Shown: positions 54,687 to 64,000 of the stretch, in pieces | Layout of the letters: each line of letters begins with the position of its first letter | Numbering within the stretch: position 1 is the first letter of the stretch | Assembly: GCA_973895155.1 (NCBI GenBank) | Contig: OZ316896.1 | Coordinates: forward strand, 23,642,600 to 23,706,599 | Reading direction: 5' to 3' | DNA length: 64,000 nucleotides | From: Marsupella aquatica | Lineage: Eukaryota > Plantae > Marchantiophyta | Made by a program: the position numbers and the translations under genes | The notes under the pieces: generated by a model | What the model saw: the letters and a program-made list of their open reading frames with translations, nothing else | Databases searched by the model: none | Told to the model about the DNA's origin: nothing

Positions 54687-55473
54687 GTGCAGTCATTTGT
54701 CAACTGTCAGTTTGGCTCACCCTCGAGTCACCAAGGGGTACCTCCGAGTTCTCCACCACTGCTTGACTTGGCGGTAAGGACCTCAGCTCCCATGGCCCCC
54801 CCAGCACCGGCCCCGGAGTTGAACCTTCCCATGGGCAGCCAACATCAAATGCCACCCCGGCCCCCGTCCAGCCGTTCACCACGACCAGCCACACTGCCAG
54901 TTTGGGTGCGATCCGTGGTGAACGCACTAAACCTGAGTTTGAAGGACAAGGACTCCATCCGCCAACCTCTGGCTTCGAGGCGAGCACCCACGAGTACCAC
55001 CCCAGTACCCCAACAAGCACAAACCCAGGAGGTGACCCCAGCGAATGCTATGGTCACAGTTGCTGCCCCGGCACCATTACCAATGGCGGTAGCTATACCG
55101 TCACAGACGGAGAGAGAAGACGGGGAGTTGCTGCCTTCAGTGAGTCACCCCGGGAGCCATACCCGAGGTAGGAAGAGGAAGGAGCCGGCCTTGACGGCTA
55201 ACTTACCCGTGGTCACCGTTGTAGTGGCCAAACTCACTGTGCATCAAATGGGGGAGAATGTCCACAAAAAGATCCTCCATCTGAGTCATGGGGCTTATCT
55301 TAAGGCCCAAGGGTTTGAGCACCCCTTCCTTGGAATACTTGTCGCTTCTACAGAGAAGACATGACGGAGATCATACAGAACTATGATGAAGCCAATCAAG
55401 AAACCCGTGCACAAGGGCGGGTGATGTCCTTATCTGAGGCACAACTCAAACTCATCTTCGGATTACCCGAGTG
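54687..55473 (+). pseudogene. Decayed retroelement accessory ORF (Pro-rich, frameshifted)
   Basis: 225-aa Pro-rich ORF continues after a frameshift as EIIQNYDEANQETRAQGRVMSLSEAQLKLIFGLP, resembling plant transposon or mobile-domain proteins. Confidence 0.45.
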
Positions 55474-56654
55474 AATGGTTAGGGTGGAATTCCAGCCACC
55501 AGGGGCAAGGGAGCCAAGTACCACTCGCCCAGTTTTACGCCCGACGGGTCGATGGACAACGGCTTCCTCCTAGCCATTTTTTTTCCAAACAGGAGGATGT
55601 GCATTAGGCCAGAGGTAGCAGAGCGGCTCAAGTTCCAACAGTACTCACTTCACATGATGGAGCTCTGAGAAAAGATATCTGTGGCTCAGGTGATCTAGGT
55701 GGAAAACTATAGGCCAAGGAAATGGGCCTTTTTTTTGCTAAGAAGATCCACAAGGAGATGGAACAGAGTAGAAAGACATTGGATATTAGGGGCAAGACAT
55801 ACCTAGCCAGCCACATTGAGATTATCTTGGAGGCATTGAGATTATCTTGGGTGATAAGCCCATTTTGATGGCCAGACACGACACTCCCACGATGCAATGA
55901 GCAGGAGATCAAATGAACCAGAGATTATATAATCCAGATGGGTCTTCCCGGTGGAGAGGCGGCCCCCAACCCAAGCCAGGAGCCTGGTAACCACTCCCCT
56001 ACCCCATACCTGAGGCCAACTAACGAGGCCTCATTCTCGTTGCCCGACACCGCTGTCAGTACAGCCTTGGAGACGCAAAACCAAGCTCGGGCAACCACTT
56101 TGATCATCCCTCCCGTGGCTCATCCCGTCCCCTGTTTTAGGATGTTTGGTTGTCCTGAGAATTCTAATTTGCGTGGTCTGGAATGCGCGGATCGGTGTAG
56201 AAACTCACGGAATTTGCATTGCTTCCTCGTTTGGCAGGGCAGTAGTGCCACGCATCACCGCTAGCTCTAAAGTGCATAAGAAGTGGATAAGTTTTCCAAG
56301 GATGATATCATCGTGTCTCCGTCCATTCTGTCTGCGAATTTTTCTAGACTCGGCCAACAGGTCTGATTCATATCCTCTTCTTTAATGATGTAGAAGCCCA
56401 CTGACACAGCAAAGTTTCTTTCGTTTTTAATCTCTGCCTGCTCACGCAAATCTGACATCCTTCATTTTGAGTAAAATTGTGCACGTGTTTTCGTCCTTAT
56501 GTGGCCTTATGAAAGATTCATCGTAGACTAGAGTTTTTAAGAATGTCTCAGTCGCTGAATTATTACGCGTCAAATTCATCCTATATGTGGAGGACCGTTG
56601 TTTTTGGGTTTTTCCAACGAATGTGCATGCCGTCCTGGACGAAATTCTTTGCAC

Positions 56655-58448
56655 ATTAAGGCCGTAGATGATGCCGGCTGCGACTGGATTCATGTAGATG
56701 TTATGGACGGTCGTTTCGTGCCCAATATCACTATCGGGTCACTTGTGGTGGATGCTATTCGGCCTGTCACTGACCTTCCTCTGGATGTATATCTGGTTAG
56801 TATTTTTCGCTCGCTCTACATTCACTCATGATAACTTGAACGAGCTCCCACTTTTGGATTCGAAACTCTACACATCCGCTTGAATAATCTGGGTTTACAC
56901 CAGCAAGCCTTAAACCCTTTGTTTAGATCCACCCAACCGTACTAGCTGATCTAGTTCCGTAACTGTGGGAAAGAAACACAGGAGGCTCTGTAGCATGGTG
57001 CATCCATATTCTCTTCTGAAATGTCCAACGCAAACACTCTACTTTACTAGGAAAGTTTAACCTTTTTTTTTGTCGCTGAGAGGTTGGGTGAGATTCTGTC
57101 CCGCGTGTGGATTTTTGTAATATCAATGGATGCGCTACAATTCCTTGTTTATTGTTCAAAATCTTGAACAATCAATTGTCGCTCATACAATTTTGTATCA
57201 TGTTACTTGCTAACTATTCCGCCTTCTCTTCTTGCTTTTCAAACTTCATTTTGGGAGAGGATGGCTTATATGTGCACTTGTGGTGTGGTAGGACGTTCGT
57301 AAATTGGGGTCAGTCATCCATGTTTTGAAAACCATTCTCTAAAACTGTTGTGCACGTATCAATCATTTGGTGCCTAAAATTTCCCGATCATGTGAACAGA
57401 TGATTGTTGAGCCAGAGTTACGAGTGGGTGACTTCATCAAGGCTGGGCAGATATTGTTAGCGTACATGCTGAAGTTGCCGCAACCATTCATCGCCACCGA
57501 ACGATCAATCTTGTAGGTTCTAGACTTTGAATATTGAATGTAGAGCTAGTTAAAAGGGGATGTATTCTCATAGCAAGTTATCATTGAATCGTTTCGTCCA
57601 TATGCCTCAATGTTGTCACAAAGCATGATTTGGATTATCTTGTCAACTATTCTAATATCTATGACAGCTTACCAATGCCGTGCAACTGTTCCCATTCGAG
57701 TTGTACTAATTGTAGTGCTTCGCAACCTGGATTCCAATGATCTGCAGATCAAGAGCTTAGGTGCGAAGGCAGGATGGTCCTCAACCCCGACACCCCACTT
57801 TCCGCAATTGAATATGTTTTGGAAGGTATGCTTTCCAATACTTGTGATGACATACTCTCCACTTGGCCTTGAAGTTCTTTACAAAATGCAGAAGAGGTTT
57901 TACTTACGCTGACAGTCACTAGCACTCGTGCGTATGAATTTCTGTGGAAGCTGAATTTGTTGTCAAAGTGAAGGTACTGCTATAAGTATGCCTCGGTGCA
58001 TCCTTGCTAATCTTTTCGGTCTCGTTCGGTAACAGAGGTGGACCTTGTCCTTATCATGTCTGTGAATCCTGGATTTGGAGGACAAAGTTTCATTGAGAGC
58101 CAAGTAAAGAAGATCGCAGAACTGCGCAAGATATGTAATGAGAAGGTGGGTTACCTGTGCGAGTATTGTATTATCATGTGGCATAAGAAACATATTGTTC
58201 CCAATGTTAATTACGGACCAGGTTTTGAGAGAAGGTTGCGATTTTTCTCCACTCTGGGCGGATAAGCGGTGGCGTGTTGTCTCTGTCCCTGCAATGATGT
58301 AGCACTCTATCTCAAGGTCGTGATTCTTCATGTCTTTTCTCGCTCGAGTCATGGCTTGTTCATTCAGTTGGTTGAACATGTGCATCTTCAAGGAATCAAT
58401 CTTTGGATTGAAGTTGATGGTGGAGTGACTCCGGCAAATGCCTGGAAG
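56655..58448 (+). pseudogene. RPE: Partial intron-containing pseudogene of chloroplast-type ribulose-phosphate 3-epimerase; exon remnants 56655-56795, 57400-57512, 57748-57825, 58036-58145, 58392-58448
   Basis: [47 protein letters not shown]; two 1-nt frameshifts; DVHL changed to DVYL; three broken splice sites; terminal exons absent. Confidence 0.92.
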
Positions 58449-59046
58449 ATTAGTTTGTCATGTCAGTTTCGAGTCAATTTGTGAAAACGTCCTGCACAAA
58501 AAGAAATACGTGGTTGAGTTGTATCGTTTCGAGTAGTACGTTAGAAATCATCCCGAAACCTTACAAGTATAGAATAAATACTCAGAAGGCAGTGGTAGAC
58601 GTTGGAGCATAGAGAGGATTCCATGCCAGATTTTGCATATATGGAGGAGAAAATGTTCCCGTGCAATGAAATTTTTTACTGTTTCCTCGCACGTTACAAT
58701 GACCCAACCAGAGGAGAGGGATCGCAAATGCAAGCAGGACCAACGTGTGCTCGGCTGGCTTTGTGTGAGACCAGGTGGCCCCAGTTTATACGGGATGGAG
58801 TCAGAATGACGAGTCACGGTGGGGATTCCGGAAATGATGGCGACTCTCCATTTTTGGTAGGGGTGATTTGGTCCGCTATAGGATGGCGATAGGGGCCTGA
58901 AATGATGCTTCTAGACAATCGATGAATCTCTCACTGCCTAATCTCGCCGCCGTGTGGGTTCTTTCCTGTCCGCGGCGATCCCTTCTCTGCGGACAAGGGC
59001 CCTGCAGAAGGACAGCCTTCACTTCGTTCTGAGAAATAGCCTCAAC

Positions 59047-59907
59047 ATGTTCTCCATCGCTCTTTCATACTTTGCAGATCCCGAGGCTCTTCCCTGGCGC
59101 TTGCCAACAAAAGAAGAGATGGAGAGCTCAGAGGACGTACTCATGGAGCAAAGTGGCCGCAAAGTGGTTGGCGTTGGACCTCATTTCGTGGTCAAGTATG
59201 GCAGTAGGATTTATCCGACTGAAGGTCAAAACATGCTCTTTGTCCAGCAAAACACCTCTGTTCGAGTCCCACGAGTTTACGCAATCTACACTGATATTTC
59301 CGATGGCAAGACGTACATCGTCATGGAGAGAATCACTGGCGACACCCTCAAGTCTTTATGGCCCAATCTGAGTGAAGCGGAGAAAGCAGTTATTGCAGCA
59401 AAGCTTCGAGGAAGTTTCGTTCAACTGCGCGGACTTCCCTCACCGGGAGCTTATTGTGGCGTCGGCAATCGTGGTCTGATGGATGATCTCTTTTGGACTA
59501 GAGCCCCGTCAATCGTGGGCCCATTCGATACAGAAGATGAGTTCAATGCTGCACTGCTTAAGGAGTATGTTTCCACCACCCGACCACAGAAAGCAGGTTT
59601 TTACGAACGATTACTCCCTCAACTTTTCCGCGATCATCCGCCGACCTTCACCCATGGAGACTTTCAGCAAAAGAATATCCTTGTCCGAAAGCTGGATGGA
59701 CGACCTTTGGAAGATCTAGAGGTGGTTCTTATTGATTGGGAATTCTCTGGATGGTATCCAAGCCATTGGGAGTATAGTAAGGCTTTGTACGCGTGTTTTA
59801 GATGTGAAACTGATTGGAATCACTGGCTCGCAATGATTTTAGACGAGTACTTGTTGGAATTCCCTTTTACATCAATGCTATTTTCCTCACTTTGGATAGG
59901 ATTGTAA
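59047..59907 (+). CDS. Intronless APH/choline-kinase-like phosphotransferase (286 aa) resembling ascomycete proteins
   Basis: VVKYG (ATP-binding Lys), EGQNMLFV, VPRVY, YIVMERI.G, FTHGDFQQKNILV (catalytic loop), IDWEFSGWYPSHWEY; no stops or introns. Confidence 0.9.
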   Translation: MFSIALSYFADPEALPWRLPTKEEMESSEDVLMEQSGRKVVGVGPHFVVKYGSRIYPTEGQNMLFVQQNTSVRVPRVYAIYTDISDGKTYIVMERITGDTLKSLWPNLSEAEKAVIAAKLRGSFVQLRGLPSPGAYCGVGNRGLMDDLFWTRAPSIVGPFDTEDEFNAALLKEYVSTTRPQKAGFYERLLPQLFRDHPPTFTHGDFQQKNILVRKLDGRPLEDLEVVLIDWEFSGWYPSHWEYSKALYACFRCETDWNHWLAMILDEYLLEFPFTSMLFSSLWIGL

Positions 59908-60949
59908 GCAGTCTCAATGGTCCTAAACAATTCATGCGAATTGAGCAGAACAGAGTTGGTGGTAGATAATTTGGTGCACTTCAATGTCCACTTCAATGTC
60001 TTTGGACTGGTAGTGAGGCAAGCCAGGGGTTTATGTCTATTTTGTCCAGAACAAGTGACTTACCGTTCTTCCGTTTAAGGATTTGTCTAGAGATTTCCCG
60101 AGTTTTAGTTCTGACTGTGGACTCATCCCACTGTGGCTACTCCCTAGGGAATGTCATTTGGGCATGTTTTGAAGTTGCTTAATTGAAGTTTGTGAATCCA
60201 GCTTCAAAAAACACCAAAAGAAATTCATGCGAAATGAGTATTCGGTACCTGCTTTGTCCTCGCTTGAACATTCACAACCGAGGGGAGGGCTCTAGACTGA
60301 GAAACTTACCGTCCGTCCGTCCGGCATACAAGTGGGTAGGTAGACCGCAGGGTGAAAAATCTACTCCGTCTAAAGGTTGTTTTGCCTTTCCCCTTCGTTT
60401 CGGAGGGAAGCCCTCTCATCGGAGCGCCCAGTGTGTGACACTCCCTCCCTGCTGCTTCATTCAACCCTCTCTAAATCTGCAACGGCGACGACATTCTTCC
60501 ATCACCCCCTCCCCTGTCCGCAGACATGGACGCCAAGTTCAAATTGATTCAGGACGTCGAATGTCTTTGGAGGTCCGGAGCAATCAATGGTAGAAGTATG
60601 TGTTAGCAGCTGGCTAATTTCGATCATTATCAGCAAACACAGATTGGATCTGGATCAGCCATAGTGATCGAAACGGCGATGAAGGATAGCAGTTTCCACC
60701 GAGTTTATGTTTCAATATTAATCGACTTTTAACTAGGCTCTATTTTCTGCGATGGATAGATTGGAGAGCCTGACGATCACAAATTGTATTTGGCCCTTGC
60801 TCCAGCATGCTCTACGAATTCATGGACCATATGAGCGTCCAGAAGTTCAGGCGGAGTCTAGTCGGATCGAGTTCACAGCGATGAAGTAGTGATAGCAAGA
60901 TCTCGAGCAAGATCAGCAGCAGGCCTCGTTTCACAACTTAGTCCAAACA

Positions 60950-61232
60950 CTTAAAACTATTTTCTTTTTTTATCTTGTTTTTTTTTTTACTTTTCAAGTA
61001 AAACCCCCGAAAACCCACGGGAAGGGGGGCCAAAGCAGCCATAACAACGGCCAAAAAGGCCAAGCAACCAGGGCCAAGGCCCCATTGAACAGTGCCAACA
61101 AGCAGCGCAGGGCACATGTGATCTTGCAAGAGTGACAAAAACCCAAGACGAAGCGGTCAAACTTCTAAAGGCCATGCAAGTCACCAGACCACAAACCTAT
61201 CCGCAGTGAAAGGCCACTACAATCTAAAGAGC
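60950..61232 (-). mobile_element. 3' end of a non-LTR retroposon (LINE/SINE tail), interrupted by the Copia element
   Basis: Minus strand reads GT-rich sequence ending in an A-rich tail (T runs at 60960-60988 on +). Confidence 0.5.
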
Positions 61233-64000
61233 TGTTGTCTAGAAAATGTTTAGTCAAAAGAGAAACGCCAGTTGAATGAACAATTCGAGAGAGCCAAAGC
61301 TCACCTCAAAGCTGTTAGATATTACTCTAGTCTTGTGATTCATGAGCTAACCACAGTTAGTCTAACTCGGGTTAGGACTTAGCTAATGTTAGCGCTAGTG
61401 CTGTTGTGCATATAGCCAGGGCTGATGCCAGACCCTGGTGGAACTTAGGCTCATTGTTACGGAGCTAGTTGAGAGATAGGGAGAGCTTGTGCTGTGGATG
61501 CTTGGTATGGCCGGTCGGCCTAGAGTGCAGTAAAGCTCTTGTGTGTTCCCGTGGACGTAGCCTCATGTGGAGGTGAACCACGTATCTCTCTGTGTCGACT
61601 ATTGTGCGTTGGATGGTTCATGGGCTTGCCGTTGCGAATGTCGTCTATGCTCAACAAGTGGTATCAGAGCATGCCTGGGAGGTGACGAGGTTTTTTCGTG
61701 ACAGGTTTTTCCAGCGTTCATTGTTGATGGTACATTCGGAGTTTCATCGCATGAAACTCAAATGTATGTGGTTGTGCGGATAGGTTAGTGAGAGGGCTTT
61801 CTAACGGTGGTTAGAACTCGTTGATCGGTATCCGTGGTGCGGAGGATTTGATGTTTGCGTCGTTCAGGGTTTATTCGTGTTCGACGGTATTTCGGGGGAG
61901 AAACCAGAGATCGTTTCTTCAACGGTGTGAGCTGTACAGTGTGCGGGGCGTCGCATGTGATAGTTCAAGTTGAAGGTTGGAGCGTGCTGGTCGTTTTGGT
62001 ATCTAGTTTGCTGACGTTTGCAGAACGAGTGCGTCGTGACGAGTGAAGGAGGCGTTCTGGTTTTTTGACAAGCTATGGTGCTTGTTTTTCCCTAAACTGG
62101 ATTACTCGTTGTGACGCTTGACTCGGAGGAAGAAACGCGAAGTGCTAAGGCTCAACGGAGAGATCGTGGTGAGACGGTCGTTTTGAGTCCGGGATTGGCA
62201 CTTGACGCGGAGTGAAGGTGACGCAACTTAAGTTCTTTCTCTCGTGGAGCTTCAGACGTGCCGGTGCAATTCGGAAACATTTTCATGTCGGCGGTCATCA
62301 CTTTTCTCATTGGAAACCAAAGCGGAGGCAGCTGAGGTTTGTAACACGGCCTTTGTGTCATTTTGGGCACATTTTTAAGGTTAGTTTAGGGCATTTTTTG
62401 CCCCAATACGGCCCCAATACCCGACAAACCAGGTTTGCCATACGCCCCGGCGCGCACACCGGCCTCCCACACCCCTTTAAGCGTGAAAACGTGCTTTTTT
62501 GGGCCCAAATACGGCCAAAAACGCCCATATACGGCCCAAAAACGCGAAAATACGCACGTTTTGACCCCTTTAAACCCGTTTTTTCACGTTTTTTGCTGTT
62601 TATACGCGATTCTGGCCGCGAATACGCGCGCCTTTGCCAAGGGCTTTAAGACCCCTTTAGAGTGTGTTTTTCTGAAGAAAAAAAATTCTCTCCTCCTCCT
62701 CATTGGTTGTGCCTCATCCCGGGCCCTGTGACCCTCCGTTTTAACCGCTCCGACAGGGGGAACGGCCCCCTGTGAGCCCTGTTGGACTGTGCGGGAATAT
62801 TCCCGGAAAACAGAGAACTGTTTTTCGGCCGTCACACAAAGATTCCATCCGCCGCACGGTAACTTTTTTGGTTCTTTTTTGGTGAGGACGTTGCCACTGG
62901 AGTTAGCAACGCGGCGCACCGATCACATCGTGATTCCGACGACAGGTTGTACTTGGTATTTCGGTTATTCTCCAAGGTTGTCAAAACGGGGGAGTTTCTC
63001 AAGGTTTTACCCACCCCGACCGAAATTTGAATAACTTTTCCGTCGAATTTTGATTTTGATTTCGGATTTCAGTATTGGACTCCTAGCTTCGTGGGCTACG
63101 CGGCGGTGTTGAGTTTTGAGTTTTATGAGAAGTTTCCAAAAAAGACATTTTTTTGTGATTGTTTCATATGAGTGACTCGGAGGATACTGGAAGAATTGGC
63201 GTCGGTGGAGCTTCAGGATCGCGACGGTCATACGGAGAGTCTGAGGAGGAGCTGCTACCATTTGAGGAGGAACTTATTACACCGGTACGGTCACCGGTAC
63301 GGTCACCGGTGCGGCGTGCAGTGGAGGAAGCTGTGTTACTACCAGAGCTGTCGGTAGTAGGGAAGAAGAGGGAGATGGCTAGATTTGGAGGAGTGAAGTT
63401 TGAGGTGGAGAAGTACGATGGTCGTACTGATTACTTGCTCTGGGAGAAGCAAGTGAAGGGTGTTCTACGGGCCATGGGCTTAGCTCATCTGCTTTCATCG
63501 CGAGAGCAGTATGAGGGAGAGGAGGAGATTTCAGTGAGGCAATGGAGACAGGAGCAGGTGATTGCTGTCAATGCAGTGATGCTATATCTCAAGCCGCACA
63601 TCATCAAGCAGCTGGATGATTATGCGGATTGCGCGTCACTGTTCAAGGCTCTAAGAGAGAAGTACTACCGGGAAGATGCGTCAGACCGGCTGTACAAGAA
63701 GTCTCTCTTGATGAGCCTCAGGCTCAAGGAAGGGAGCAAGATGCAGGATCACCTGAATGAATTTGACAGTCTTGCGGTGGATCTGTCAAACCTGGGAAAA
63801 GGAGTTGAAGATGAGGATAAGGCCTTGCTTCTGCTAAGCTCCTTACCGCCGTCTTATCAGGGCTTGAAACAGGTTCTCTTGTACAGAGATCTGAAGTCCA
63901 TTTTGTATAATGAGGTGGTAAGCTCTTTACTGTCTGATGATGCTCAGAAGAAGCTGGGTCAATCACAGACAGCATCTTCTTCTGGCACTGCGCTCAATGT
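61233..64000 (+). mobile_element. Ty1/Copia LTR retrotransposon, 5' part: LTR 61233-61656, PBS 61659-61670
   Basis: LTR bounded by TGTTG...CAACA; tRNA-iMet PBS TGGTATCAGAGC; gag downstream. LTR start inferred from the terminal motif only. Confidence 0.88.
63375..64000 (+). CDS. gag: Copia Gag (UBN2-type, Tnt1/Tork-like), runs off the window
   Basis: MARFGGVKFEVEKYDGRTDYLLWEKQVKGVL...MQDHLNEFDSL...EDEDKALLLLSSLPPSY; frame open to the end of the window. Confidence 0.92.
   Translation, partial: MARFGGVKFEVEKYDGRTDYLLWEKQVKGVLRAMGLAHLLSSREQYEGEEEISVRQWRQEQVIAVNAVMLYLKPHIIKQLDDYADCASLFKALREKYYREDASDRLYKKSLLMSLRLKEGSKMQDHLNEFDSLAVDLSNLGKGVEDEDKALLLLSSLPPSYQGLKQVLLYRDLKSILYNEVVSSLLSDDAQKKLGQSQTASSSGTALN

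Noticed and set aside
56655-58448. Functional RPE restored by RNA editing
   Set aside because: Nuclear intron-containing copy with indels and broken splice sites, which organellar C/U editing cannot repair.
58954-59046. GTG-initiated N-terminal extension of the kinase in the ORF track
   Set aside because: Eukaryotic context; first in-frame ATG is 59047, where family-like sequence begins.

Overview
Eukaryotic nuclear DNA from a land plant. Compact GT-AG intron genes and the protein style suggest a non-seed plant such as a bryophyte (inference, species not determinable). Eight conserved spliced genes can be reconstructed by hand: USP (3' part), a membrane-tethered NAC factor, TIM9, a DnaJ-type Zn-finger protein, a 4'-phosphopantetheinyl transferase, OS9, GR1/COM1 (CtIP) and a plastid Zn-ribbon membrane protein. 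Between them lie MITEs of four superfamilies with visible TIRs (three with clear TSDs), two copies of a probable tRNA-derived SINE, a plastid rps12 fragment and a non-autonomous LTR-like element with hairpin-rich repeats. The last 11 kb is an accessory patchwork: a retroelement ORF remnant, an intron-containing RPE pseudogene, a retroposon tail and a Copia element. It also holds the top finding, an intact intronless APH/choline-kinase-like phosphotransferase that looks like an ascomycete fungal protein (candidate horizontal transfer). The second unexplained structure is an array of about 8 degenerate 37-nt palindromic repeats downstream of TIM9. Family assignments come from recalled motifs, not database searches.
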